The notes under the pieces: model-generated
Databases searched by the model: none
Seen by the model: the letters and a program-made list of their open reading frames with translations, nothing else
Told to the model about the DNA's origin: nothing
Translations under genes and position numbers: made by a program
Shown: one piece after another, positions 11,508 to 25,289 of the stretch
Layout of the letters: each line of letters starts with the position of its first letter
Numbering within the stretch: position 1 is the first letter of the stretch
Source of the DNA: Octopus bimaculoides
Taxonomy: Eukaryota
Direction: 5' to 3'
NCBI RefSeq assembly: GCF_001194135.2
Contig: NC_068992.1
Location: 65,318,019 to 65,382,018 of the forward strand
Length of the DNA stretch: 64,000 nt

Positions 11508-14097
11508 GTAGAGTTATTCTTTTACAATTGAATGTTTCTGTTCATTTCTTTCCCGCATTCTAACATACTTTTACTTCTGTTTCACACTTCACATTTATAA
11601 ATGCATTGCCAAGCCCCCACCCCGTCCCGCTCCACCCCACCCCTATCATACTGTAACGTAAAACATGGGAGAGAAAAAAATTAAAGGCAAACAATAAAAT
11701 AATATTGGAACAAAGGGAAAAAAATAGTAATAAAATGTCATTACGGAAAATAAATGTTAAATATTTAAGGCAGTAATCAGCGGAAGATCTTTTCTTACTT
11801 TTTTTTGGGCTATCTGGATGCATACTTTGGAAGCAGTAAATGCCGAAGGCAGATATGTGATGTAAAATATATACAAGAAAAAATCAACAACGATTTCAAC
11901 AAGATAACAACAATATGAACAACCAGCGCAATAAAAAATATCAACAACAGCAAAAACAACAACTATACAGAAAATAAAAAAAATAAAGAGAAAATACAAC
12001 AGCAAAAGTTGAAATAATAATATGAATAAAATGAGATAAATGTGATTGATTCATAAATAAACGAAGACAGATATGTGTAAAAATAACAGCAATAATATCA
12101 ACAACAACAACAACAGCAATAACAACAACACCAACCAATATGACCACGATCACAACGACATCTACAACAAAAGCATGATACAAATAAACAAGGTTTAGAG
12201 ACATCGAAGTAAATAACCGCAATATTAGAATTTATATTTGTTTTATGTTTCTTTGTGTTTTGTTGCAAGTAATTTTGTAATTAAAATATTAAAATGGGTC
12301 AGTTACCATCTTTACCATTTCCTTTACGAAATGTGTGTCTCCATTTAATTGCCATTTGAATGAGTTACGGTATAAAACAATGGAAAATGTGACAAAATCC
12401 CATGAACTTGACTTTGTCATGAGTTGAGATTTGATTCCGCAGTAGATAGATAAAGACTATCAATAATATATGTACGTACATATGATGTCAGTGTGTGTGT
12501 ATGTATATATGTAGGCATACACGTACACACACACACACACACACACACATGCATACACACACACACCCCACCACACACAGATACATATACACACACACAC
12601 ACACACATACACACACACACACATATATATGTGTGTGTGTATTCCCGAGCGTCATACTAATATATACTTTTGTTATTTACACCACCTGTCCTCGTCTGTT
12701 GTTATTATTTGTATATTCTCCCATATNNNNNNNNNNNNNNNNNNNNNNNNNNNNNNNNNNNNNNNNNNATATATATATATATATACATATACGATGCTGG
12801 GACATTCAACATAATGATATGGATAAAAGTCTTGTTGATGAAAACTTCTTTAATATTGTGGTGATGGGGAGATTTTAGATAAGATGTTGCCATGTGCTAT
12901 ATTTCCTGAGTAATGAAGAGAAGAGTTACACCAATAATCCAAATATTAGCGACCTAATATTTCTGCTTTTTAGACATGATATCATCAATGTAGTGCGTGA
13001 GCCCAATGCTTTCATGTTATTTTCACGTTTTTTTTCAAGTCATTTGCAACATAAATGAAATGATCCAGCTAATCGAGTTCAAACTGAAGATTGAGTTTAC
13101 ATAGAATAAACTTGCAGGATTAACTTGTTTGGCTTCATATTCAAACGATAATGTCAAGTAACTCAACAGAGTACCGGATAAACCGCAGAAGGCTTCACGT
13201 CTCTGCGCTGAATCTGCATACAGACATCTGTCAACATATCAGATGATCCCATACATGACATAGAGTCATGTAGATCCCTCACAATTACAACGATAACTCA
13301 CAATGAGTTCACTCGATTTTCCGCTCTTGATTTAACCCTTCGCATCAAAATGTCATCCACAGATTTCGTCCAAACTTGAAAATTCTATAAATGGTTGAAA
13401 AATCATATCCTAGACATTGTACCAAGAGACAAATTTAATTTCTGCTTTCATAAATATTTATGCAAGCAGAACCGCACTGCTTTATATATAAAGACTATTG
13501 CTATGCTTGCATAAATATTGCGGTCATGTGATGTGGCTGTTACTAATTCAATTTGATTGTGTTTGAGGGATATTACGTAATTCAATCCCCATTCTTCCAG
13601 ATTTATATAATTCAATCATTTACTTTTTTATCTTTTGACCGCTTATTCTGCACTTACATAACTTCAAAATGAGAAAGTATTTACGTGAAAAGAAATAATG
13701 TTAAAATATTAATAACAAAAATTATTATATTAACATGAAATATCAAAAGACAAAATACAAAAATATATCATTATCTTTGTAATCTGTTTCACTGGGAGAA
13801 ACGGATAAAACCCGCAGTGTTTATTTTATACAATTATAAAATAATAATTTTGAAATACAAAAGGCTATTGCGAAATTATAAATAAATTATTAATTAAATA
13901 ATTGAATTCTGATTCTAAATTCCTTTAAGTGAAACCATGAAATTTCAATTCACCAAAAATAAACATAAATTATAAATGTGAATTTATTTATGAACCAATG
14001 CGTTTCTGATGCTTCACCTCCCAAACAGATATTTTTAGCGGAAAAAACGAGACATTGACGATGAACAAAATTAATGTATGGCAGCATCTTGCGCAAA

Positions 14098-14470
14098 GGG
14101 CGCGGGTATGGGCTGCAGGGCTGCAAAAGTAAGAAGCTCGCTTTGAAACCTCGTGGCTATATGTTCAGGCCCTCTGTGCTGTAACTTCGTTCTGGCTGAC
14201 CACTAGTTTGTGAGTGGATTTTGCAGACCAAAACTGTGTGGAAACATGTCGCATATGCATGTGTTTGAGTGTGTGTGTATGTGAGAGTATCTCTGTGTTG
14301 TCGTCCTATTGTTTGTTTGCATTCCCATAACGTAGCGATTCGCCAAAAGAAGTTTATAGAATAAGCCCTAGACTTAAAAGATATATACTGGAGTCGATTT
14401 ATGCGACTAAACTCTTCAAAGCGGTGCTGCTACATGGGCGTAGTCCAAGTACTGAAACGTGTATAAAGAT
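14098..14470 (+). mobile_element. SINE family A, full length, old
   Basis: Head (gtaagaagctcgct...), tttgtgagtggatttt core, TG tract and tail (aaagcggtgctgctacatgg...ctgaaac). Confidence 0.7.
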
Positions 14471-14799
14471 AACAACGGAAAGATCTTTCAACTGCTAATT
14501 TATTATAGACCAGATACCTTGTCATAAAATGAAAGAAGCAAGTTCTATTGTGGAGAGTTGTTGATTATAACTTGGATCAATCTGGACGGACTTGGAGTTA
14601 AACAACATCAGAAATCACGTGAATTGACAAACAATGTTATTGGCGTCTGATCTCGACTGAAGACCAACAGTTTAAAGGGCGCAGTGAGTAGTTGATATCA
14701 TTGATCCAGGATGAAGAACAAATTGGGCCTTACCGGGATTAAAACTGAAAAGCTGGTTTGATTCAACAAATGCTTTGTGGCACATAGACATTAGGTTTC

Positions 14800-14935
14800 C
14801 TTAAGGCGGCGAGGTGGCAGAATCGTTAGCATACCGGACAGAACATTTAGCAGTATTTCGTCCGTTTTTTTACGTTCTGAGTTCAAATTCTGCCGAGATC
14901 GACTTTCACTTATATCCTTTCGAAAACTATTATCA
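14800..14935 (+). mobile_element. SINE family B, 5' part
   Basis: aaggcggcgaggtggcagaatcgttagc...ttacgttctgagttcaaattctgccgagatcgacttt; contains A-box-like tggcagaatcg and B-box-like gagttcaaatt. Confidence 0.8.
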
Positions 14936-15200
14936 CTGAAATGTTTTAAGGGGCCTTTCGTGGCCGGGTCGTATCTCAGGAACTTTATTTTTATCGTCTC
15001 TGAAGTTTGAATAAATTTTATCTTTTTTCGAACATGACTATGACGTGCCAAGAAGGAATCAAGTGAATGAGTTTTAGAATCGAGTATTTTGTTAAAATAC
15101 AAATGAATTACTCTTCTAAAATAGCCATTGTAACTGGAAGTAACACTCTAACATAGATTAGTATATGTATATTGATTGTTGCGAAATGATTCAAGGAGAT

Positions 15201-15318
15201 TTATACAAATGAATATAGACGTAATTTCCATTACACAAATTAATATAGATGTAATTTCCTTTACACAAATGAATATAGATGTAATTTCCTTTACACAAAT
15301 GAATATAGATATAATTTC
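15201..15318. repeat. 30-bp minisatellite, 4 copies
   Basis: Unit ttacacaaatgaatatagatgtaatttcct repeated at 15201, 15231, 15261 and 15291 with 1-3 differences each. Confidence 0.95.
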
Positions 15319-15924
15319 AACATGGGAGGTTAAATAATGGATGTGTTCTTCAAATTATTAAAAAAAAAATAGTTACACATGTCACATATTTTATTTCGTG
15401 ATAAGACTCTGGTTTTATAGGAAAAAATGCTTTCAATTCCTTTAAGCAATTCATTTAAAATGCATGGCAGATTTATTTTAGCTCACCTAAACAAGATTTT
15501 CACAAAAAAATTAAGACAAAATAAAACAAAATACGCCAAGTTAAAACTCTAAGAAGCAACAATAAAAAATAGCAAAGCTATATCGCAGTAAATCTATGGA
15601 AAAGAAACAATAGATTACTTCATATATTAAGTTGGCAATTGGAAATTTATTAGAAATCAAGGCACAGATTTATTGATTTGCTATTGATTAGATCGATAAC
15701 ATTCTTCTTAATAAATACTTACAGCAATCACTGTCAAGTAACAATCTAATGTATATTTTGAACTATTTAAACATATACACACATATATACATGAGCTTTT
15801 TCGCACACGGACTGTCCATACACATACATATAGTGTGTCCAGGAGTGTGGGAGAAATGAATATACACGTAGTTTTCAGTCTCACTGTTATATAGGTTCAC
15901 AATATATAAATGTATTCGTTAGAA

Positions 15925-16060
15925 CGTTGGGCAGAATCCTTAGCGGTATTTCGTTAGTCTTTACGTTCTGAGTTCAAATCTCGGTGCGATAAACTTTGCG
16001 TCTTATCCTTTCGGGAACAATAAAATAAGTACCAGTTTTGCACTGGTTCGATATTAGTTT
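15925..16060 (+). mobile_element. SINE family B, internally deleted
   Basis: ggcagaatccttagcggtatttcg...ttacgttctgagttcaaat...cctttcggg...taaaataagtaccagt. Confidence 0.75.
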
Positions 16061-18660
16061 CCGGCTTTAATCTAATTTTTACCCGCCACCTAATCCAGAA
16101 TATAAAACAATTATTAATTCGATACACAGAAATAATTTCTGAGACCTGCCTCCGCTCAATACCACACTATTGGTCTACAGGTTAACGAGGGAGCGTCTAT
16201 TTTGTTGCTTGACCTACTAAATTTAGCAGTCGCATCACATTCAAACCAGACTCTACAACATCGAAGTAGACACATTGAATTATGCGATTCTTTGTATATA
16301 AGAAGAAAAAAAAACTGCATGAATATCACGGATGATAATTGACCAAGTTTTGTGCGAAATATCAGAACAACATCATTATTCCGATGTTAGCACATCAGTG
16401 TTTAAACATCTTAGCACTGAGTTGTATTATATCGAAGACAAATGCGGAAGTGAGTTTGTCTGTCATGTGTTTCGTATTGGCATTGGTTATCCTCATGTCA
16501 GCTGGAATTTAGCAGTAGACTCGCAATAAAAGACACTGCAGAGGTGAGCGTAATTTCTTCTATTCAGAATGCAATGTATTTCGAAGACTACATTATTAAA
16601 ACAATACTATATATAGTAAAAATGTTCGGCGCATGTTCTCGGAAAAAAACCCCGACCATGTACAGGCTCCTACATTGACTCATCGATGCATTTGTGAATA
16701 TGGTGTTAATATGTCGTCTGATTGTTATAGTGCAAAGGTAAGCTTTCAATGGGTTGGATATGCGACAACGTTTCAAATGCCAGTGAGAGTTGAATCACCT
16801 CATTTGCAATGCTAATGTCCTAATGAAAGATCCGAGATAAGACAGAGTCGTTTTTTCTCCTCTCTGTCATAATAATTTTGATGAGAGAAATCAATATACC
16901 AATAACGATTTTCAGACGTCTGTTCTTTAGTAAGTTATTAACAATAGCAAGCTGTATATATTTCACTGTGATGTATAACAAAGCAATTGAACAACCTCAC
17001 AATCACTTAATATTTGAGAGAAGGAGAAAGAGAAAAAATATTCCAGTCTATAAATAATAATAACAACAACAACACCAACAACAACGATAGTAGTAAATAA
17101 GTAAACAAATAAAACAGCCACATTTAAAATAAACAATGAGAAGTGAGACGTCGTGGAATTAAGTGGTTTCTTTTTTTCACAAGTTTATTATACTTATTTA
17201 ATGGTATTTCTAAATGTGTGTTCGTTTTCTTTTCGATAGTATGGTGTGGCAATACATTAACGGCTCTTTATTAAATTACTATCACCAGAAATTTAATGGA
17301 AACCGAAAATGAGAATAAAAAAAGAACGAAAATAAAGATAAAAATAATCCTTAATTGTCAATTTTAATTCCAGGTGTTTTAACGGCAACATTTCTCACAT
17401 TTATGTGTGAATGGGTAGAAAATGTGATAAATTCTATAGCAAACTCTTACAGATTGTTACTACATTATCAATATTACTTACAGGTTGAATTCTATTCCAA
17501 GCAAATGGAAACTCCTGCCAACAAATAGGAAAGAAAATTGAGATTAATGTACACGAATTTCCTACCACTTGGTTTAGTAAACACTGTGAGATGTCGAAAC
17601 ACAACTCAATTCAATTAACTTTGAAATTTAACACAAGAAAAACGTTCGAAAATACACTAAATCTAGCGAACCGCTAATAAGGTTTAAAGCACAATGGAGA
17701 GTTGAAGAAGCGATTAATCACTTTGTTGCGATGCTTTGGATGAAGGGAAAGGGGTTTCGAGTAATATTGACGTAAACAATAATGCGAACTTGCTAACATT
17801 TTATCTAACCTAATATATACGAATGAATGATGACGATGATGAAAATAAGTTTTGCTAAATAACTTCCAGTTCCGATTCTAATTTTTTTTTTACCTTATGT
17901 AAACGGAATAAACTTTGAATCAACAAGACAGAGTTAAACTATTTGATATATTCACAACCTGAATGTAAATTGAATTATGTTCTTGAATTACTTTGCAAAA
18001 CATTTACCTTTAACACTGAACACCGTTATTAGAGCCTTCTCTCTCTTTCTCTCTCTGTATGTGTGTAAGTTTCATTGGAGAGTCTAGAAAAGCAAAGTAA
18101 TGAAAAAAAAAAACCAACCAATTTTCACCAACAAAGTGACACCCACAAATTCTTTACTTGTGCGTCGCTTATGTCGTTGTGAATATCATGAGACTACCAA
18201 TATCAGTATCGACGCAATCCGATTAATAATCGCATCTTTAAAGCAATTGATAAAATGCCGTTCAATATGGCGATCAGTATACCAAAAACGAATTGATGAA
18301 CGATGTTCTTGTATTATAAACTATCATAAAATATTTAAAAAATTGAGTTAAATTTGATAATTTCGGTATTTATAAATCAATTACTTTTGGTACGTCAAGG
18401 CCATGATGTTTTTGTTGTGTTGGTCATGGTTGAAATATGGCTGTTCTCTTGGGAATGGAATCAGCCAATAATTAATTTACACTTAATTTACAATATTGAT
18501 TATATTACTGAAACATATCAGATTAAAATTTACTAATTAGCCGTGAATCCCTTATTTTACAAAAGACGATTTGGGAAGTTGTACGAAGTTCCGGAAGTGA
18601 GTTTATTCTGGCGTAGGATTATCAACGGTTATCAAGTTATATTCTAATTCAAAACACACG

Positions 18661-18712
<52 letters not shown>

Positions 18713-18974
18713 ACACACACGCTCACACACATACAGTACATACAGACACATGCGCTAGAACAAATACATACAAGCATCCACACAAATACAAATACACGCA
18801 AAAACACATGAATTAGTTGACGTTATGTATCTAGGAGTACATCAACCAACAGACCAATCTATTTTAAAGCAGATTTTTCTACTAATTTTAGCAGCAAAAC
18901 AGAGAAGATAAGAGAAACATTGTTATTGGTGATAATGACATTGCTTGATATCGCTGGTTATTTCCCGTTCACAA

Positions 18975-19123
18975 TATATATATCCCACCGACTTCTATCA
19001 TTTTCCATCTACTAAATCCACTCACAAGGCTTTGGTCGGCTCAAGGTGCCGTGTAGGGGAACTGAAACCAGAACCATATGGTTGGGAAGCAAGCTTCTTC
19101 CCACACAGCCACGCCTGCGCCTA
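18975..19123 (-). mobile_element. SINE family A head
   Basis: Minus strand: aggcgcaggcgtggctgtgtgggaagaagcttgcttcccaaccatatggttctggtttcagttccc...gccgaccaaagccttgtgagtggatt. Confidence 0.85.
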
Positions 19124-19901
19124 CATCCCCATCAATTTTTGAATAGAAATTTAAGTATAATTCGAAAAAAATCCAATACCGGCGGTAAAAAATTTGATTT
19201 TATTTATTGCTATAGAGATTTTGAGGCTGGAACTTTGATGATTGAGCAGGGCCGCTTGGTGGCGCTGTTGGTTGTAGGAATTTGGGGGAATGGCTGCTAT
19301 TTCTTATCAGAATTGTCTGTTTCGTTAATAACTGGAAAGCGATAAAAATATGTGTACAAATGAGAATGCTTTTGCGTTCAATTGTTTATTTATACATTAA
19401 AATAAAATTAACAGATTAATTAATCAAAATTGCTATTATCCATTTATAAACTTATGTGTCAGGATCCCACATAATCTTTTAACAAAGCTTATTTATATTA
19501 ATTTCGATATTGCCTTTTATCTTAATTAATTAATTATTAAATTGTTATACGGTAACATTCCCTTCATTTGTACTATAATGGGGGATAAGAAGCAAGGACA
19601 TTCATGCGTTTCTCAGATGATAAATAACACGTAAGAAGTCAAATATTTTCGCACAGGAATTGCTATAATCTATAATGCCATGCTCACCATAATTAATTAA
19701 TTACTTAACGAATTCATTCATTAATTATAAATACGCTTAATTGTTTATATTCATTTAATTATCAGTGTTGCATTATTATGTATTCAGATTATTTTTTTTT
19801 ATTCTTCAATGCTATAAAATCGATCGATGACAGAATCGATAGAACATGCGATGGCATAGGATACGACATTTCATTTTATTTCTCAATATTGTAAGTTCAA
19901 A

Positions 19902-20243
19902 CGGCAGAGACCTGGCAGAATCGTTAGCACGCCGCGCGAAATGCTTAACGGTGTTTCGTCTGTCGTTACGTTCTAAGTTCAAATTCCGCCGGAGCGTGTA
20001 TGTGCGTGAGTATGTGCGTGCGTGCGTGTCATTGTGTATTTGTTCACAGCCACCGCTTGAGAACCAGTGTTGATGTGTGTACGTCCTCGTAAACTAGCGG
20101 TTCGGCAAATGAGTCTCGAAAGTATAAAAACCAGGCTTTAATGCAAAAAATTACTGAGACCAATTCATTCAACTAAAAGCCTTTGAAAGCGGTGCCCCAG
20201 AATGGCCGCAGTCTAATGACTGAAATAATTGAAAGATAAAAGA
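19902..20243 (+). mobile_element. Chimeric SINE: family B head joined to family A body/tail
   Basis: B head (ctggcagaatcgttagcacgcc...ttcaaattccgccg) switches at about 19993 into a TG-rich tract, then the A body (ccaccgcttgagaacc...ggtgccccagaatggccgcagtctaatgactgaaa). Confidence 0.75.
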
Positions 20244-21212
20244 CCACCGTATATGATTTTTGTTTTTTACTTTTGATATAGTCTTGTAATGTTAATGTTA
20301 TTGTTACCGGAGTTAAAGCAATGATATTTTTGTTGTGTTTTCTATCGACGGTTGAAAGAGAATATGACATCAATAACAATAGAAATGGCAATTGAACAAA
20401 AATCAATGATTGAAATCTGTGATCCACTTCCAAAATGGGACTCGAATATATTTTAATGAAATCCTCTTTCACTTTATTCGACCTCAAATTTCGGCATATC
20501 TAGTTAATAATCCTTTTAAAACGATTACAACTTCCAAAGTCAAACTGGTGTTTAAGGATCTTTCACATGCTTCTTGAAATTATAACGCTACAGATTTATA
20601 AACAGGAAGGTTTATATTCAAACTATAGTCTATTTCTAAGAAGAGGAAGGGTGGTCACGATTGGATTATGATAGGTTTACTGATCCAGGAATTGTCTACA
20701 CCCAAAGAGCGACAACTCTTTTTAAATGCAGGAGTTCGTTATAAAGCTGAAACATTAATCTTAGTGATAGAGTTTCTTATTTTTGTTATTCTCGAATCTC
20801 AGCTCTGTTATTCTCGAATCTCAACGGAATAATTTATACGATTTTTAATAAAACCCCATTTTTGGCGTTGAGCTATTTCAGTATTTGAGTGTTAGTGAAG
20901 ACGTTGTATTTGTGCCTTGCTTTGGATAACGTATCCATTGATATAACTCAACAGGCTGTAGTAATGGCAAGGCAATTAACAATAGTAATTAGATTTCATA
21001 TGTTATCTTTACGCTTGAAAGTACAATTAGTGGTTATGGCTAGAAGCAGTATCGAATCGAAATGAATCACCGTCATTTCTGAATATACACAAATGCAGTT
21101 TACATTTGAATTTCAGGCAAGCTCACTTCTATTACGTCATTCGACGAATTACAGGGTGCAGTGGGAAAACGTTCAACATTTTACACAGCCATTGGTGTTG
21201 TGTAAATAAAAT

Positions 21213-21385
21213 TAGGCGCAGATGTGGCTGTGTGGTAAATGTGCTTCTCAGCTACATGGTTCTGGGTTCATTCCCCCTGCGTGGCACCTTGGGCAAGTGT
21301 TTTCTTCTATAACTTCGGGCTGACCAAAGCCTTGTGAGTGGATTTGGTAGAGGAAAGCTGAAAGGAACTCATAGTATATATTGTA
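21213..21385 (+). mobile_element. SINE family A head followed by expanded (TG)/(AG)/(ACAG) tracts
   Basis: taggcgcagatgtggctgtgtggtaa...gggttcattccccctgcgtggcaccttgggcaagtg...ccaaagccttgtgagtggatttggtag. Confidence 0.85.
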
Positions 21386-21504
21386 CCTGGATGCCTGCGT
21401 GTGTGTGTGTGTAAGAGAGAGAGAAAAAAGAAAAAAAGAAAGAAAGTGAGAGAGAGAGAGAGAGAGAGAGAAAGAAAGAAAGAAAGACAGAAAGAAAGAG
21501 TGAA

Positions 21505-21547
<43 letters not shown>

Positions 21548-22694
21548 AAGGTGGGGAATTTTGTATGCCATGTAGATCCCATTATTCTCCTATATTTTAC
21601 TATCATGAAGTGGAAAATATATTGAACTCGGAGAAACTTACTGGCGAGCGAAACTTTGCCAAGATTATTCGGTAGCTGATTTTTGTCAGTTTGTTGTATC
21701 ACATATTGATATTGTATAATGAAATAATGATGTCTATATAAACATCATTTATTATATCGCAAGCCTTCTGGATGGGCCTGTCATCAGGTTTGAACATACA
21801 ATAGTTTTATGTTGTCAGAAAAATTATATATTTGCACAATACAGCTTAGAGCTCTCCCCATTTGATGTAACTATAGCATTACAGCCAACATATTAGAAGT
21901 GTATGAAAATCTTAAGAGATATATCTCATGTCAGGACATAATTTCTATAGCAGCACCTTTCCTTTGAATTTCCAGAAGAAATGGTGATCAAATTTTAGGG
22001 CATGACATTGTTGGAATTTAATAATTTTCCTCATGAAAAGTATATATCACCTGAAGTAAGGAATGTGCGTAGAACCAGAATGTATCCATATTTGGCATAA
22101 ACAAAATAAGCATACTCTTTTCTATAAGAACCAAATGCACTGTCATTTAAAACGGTTGTTGATGTCTTCATAAAACCAATCAACAGACTGCATCACATCT
22201 AACTACAGACTATTTAGTTTGAATCACTTTTATCGACAGGGAACTAGAAACTAGCATACCCCTGAAGGTATTTTAGACAAGCAATCTCATCAACGTATTT
22301 TCATCTAAAATAAGAAAAATGTTTTTAATTCTTAAACATTCCATTCAGAATATTAGATGACACTCTAAAGTACGATATTCTCAACGGTTGAGAATACATT
22401 TAACGCAAAGAGCCAACACAACAAGACATTAAACGATTTAATAAGCTGCAAATAAACTTTACGATGATAAAATTCGGAAGCGAAAATCTTTGTACAGAAT
22501 TCTTCCCTGATCCACAAAACATCAACTGAAATTTAAGAATACTAACGTTTTAATACCAACGTTGAGAACTTCTTTACTTGCAGCAACGTTCTCTAAATTA
22601 TTAGATAACTCCGCAAAGCGAACAACGCGCCACTATTGCCACTACCTTCCTGATACTGAGACCAGGAACAGTTTTTAAAATTCCAGGAATAATG

Positions 22695-22773
<79 letters not shown>

Positions 22774-23315
22774 CGTATATACGTGTGCATGTGTTTGTGT
22801 GTGTGTGTGTGTGTATAAAATTGGGAATGTATATGTATGTATGAATTTATGCCATAACGTATAACAGTTGTGTCACGCATTTCTTTTGTCAATATTTATG
22901 CTTGTCTACTTGTGTATAGGTCGAGCGCCAAAAAAATTCCACCAACACATAAAGTCAGGCTTCAATATTAGCTAATTTCGAATCCATTATTTCGCTATTC
23001 TTCAACACTTTTTAAAAAACAAATGTTCTTCATAATTTCTGGTATTTATTTTCTTTTTGAAAATGTTTGTAATTATAATTCTCCGGAGATAATATACAAT
23101 TACTCTACAATTTCATTATTTCATAGGTTTTACTAGTCACCTAAACACATATCACCTCATTTTGTTTTTTACTCCCAAACGATTTGTTTGGTCTTGGGTT
23201 TATTATGAATTATTCTGTAATCACAGAATTGGAAAGTCTCTAAGTGTTTTTTTTTAATTAAAAGTGCGAAACAAATATACATGTAAAGTATTGCAAAGCA
23301 TAAATGACGATTCAT

Positions 23316-23379
<64 letters not shown>

Positions 23380-24045
23380 NNNNNNNNNNNNNNNNNNNNN
23401 NNNNNNNNNNNNNNNNNNNNNNNNNNNNNNNNNNNNNNNNNNNNNNNNNNNNNNNNNNNNNNNNNNNNNNNNNNNNNNNNNNNNNNNNNNNNNNNNNNNN
23501 NNNNNNNNNNNNNNNNNNNNNNNNNNNNNNNNNNNNNNNNNNNNNNNNNNNNNNNNNNNNNNNNNNNNNNNNNNNNNNNNNNNNNNNNNNNNNNNNNNNN
23601 NNNNNNNNNNNNNNNNNNNNNNNNNNNNNNNNNNNNNNNNNNNNNNNNNNNNNNNNNNNNNNNNNNNNNNNNNNNNNNNNNNNNNNNNNNNNNNNNTATA
23701 TATGGGTATGTCCAAGCGTGCGTTTGCTACCGCATATACGAACAGCAACAGGCAAACAACTATGCATAAATAGATGTACACGATAGTTTCAGAATCACAC
23801 TTTATCATAACATTTTGAAATGCATAACAGAAATTAAGCCAACAGCAGAAAAAACACACGCATCAACAACAACACATACATATAAATACACACACACACA
23901 CACACAGATAGAAATGCTGTCTCAGATGTACGCCTTATAACGAAAAGCACCATTACAATTACTGCTATTTAACATACATTTAAATAGTGTAAACACGAAC
24001 AGAGAAAGACTCAAAATCACTCTATGACGGCCTCACTTTCTCTCC

Positions 24046-24114
<69 letters not shown>

Positions 24115-25044
24115 TATCTCTCTCTCTCTCTCTCTTCCTCTTTTCCTAATTTTCACTCTCTCCCTCTTTCACTCTCTCTCGCTCACACACACCCACACAT
24201 ACAGTCATATCAACATAGTACTGTATATATATATGTATATGTCCACATGTTTGCACATGGCCACATACATACATACATACATACATACATACACGTGCAT
24301 ACACAGATACTATGACACATAGACACATATAATGAGCTATTAATTAAATATGAATTTTAATTTTTGTGATTGCTTTCTAAAACGATTATCGAATTTGAAA
24401 AAAGGTGGATTTAGAATAGAGACCGTATATTTGTCCTAGATATGGCTTTTATCAATATATAACTATGTGTGTGTACGAGTGTGGGTATGTATGTGTGTTT
24501 GTGTGCGTATGTATATATGTGTGTATATAAATAATAACATTTAGAGATATACATGCACATATATATTTATCTATATATATTCGTATATCTAATATTATAT
24601 TGATATAAATTATTTGTAGGTGTGTGTAAATGTGCATGTGTGGGCGTGTGTATGTATACATTAATAACTATGTACACATACGCATGCACAATCGCGCGCG
24701 AGCAGATATATTGCTTACGTCATAAGCGATAATATACGCTGAGAAACATGAAATAAATAACTTTTTTCGGTGGTGCTCGGAGTAGAGGCAACTATAAATT
24801 ACCTCGGGCAGCGTTCGCCTTTTTCTCTCCAAATAGTATACGATCAAATATTTACTTTATATACTTATAGCTTTATGTATTTCGAGTTTATACGTCAGAA
24901 GTGATTTATATAGAAACGTACATATGTATATACACACACATATATAAATACATGTGTGCGTATGAACATATATAGGCAAATATATATACACATATATACA
25001 TATGTATACATGAATTATGTGTGTATTATTCGTTTCTTCTATTA

Positions 25045-25225
25045 TTCTTTTACTTGTTTCAGACAACTGACAGTGGCCATATTGGAGCACCGCTTTGAAG
25101 GCTTTTAGTTGAACAAGTCCACCACAATACTTTTTTAAAGCCTAGTACTTTTATCGAACGCTTTTTTCGCACCGCTACACTACGGGATCGTAAACACACC
25201 AACACCGATTGTCTACAGTGATGGG
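25045..25225 (-). mobile_element. SINE family A, 3' half
   Basis: Reverse complement of ...ggtgttggtgtgtttacg...gcggtgctccaatatggccac...ctgaaacaagtaaaagaataa. Confidence 0.8.
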
Positions 25226-25289
25226 CCTGTAATTTTCCTTTTACATTCCACCGGCACGCGTGCCACATGCGTGACTCTGGTATTTGACG

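Noticed and set aside
16440-16815. Signal-peptide-like MCFVLALVILMSAGI, good donors (gag|gtgagc, aag|gtaagc) and a CICEYG motif on the plus strand
   Set aside because: The hydrophobic peptide ends in TAG with no donor before it, and the frame upstream of the CICEYG ORF is closed; no coherent exon model.
21213-21290. tRNA-like sequences with A/B boxes as possible tRNA genes
   Set aside because: They continue into the SINE body, recur many times and lack a closed cloverleaf; they are SINE heads.
22376-22396. Perfect 10-bp-arm palindrome tattctcaac-g-gttgagaata; similar short hairpins at 34595-34625 and 53123-53152
   Set aside because: Short and AT-rich; a few are expected by chance in 64 kb.
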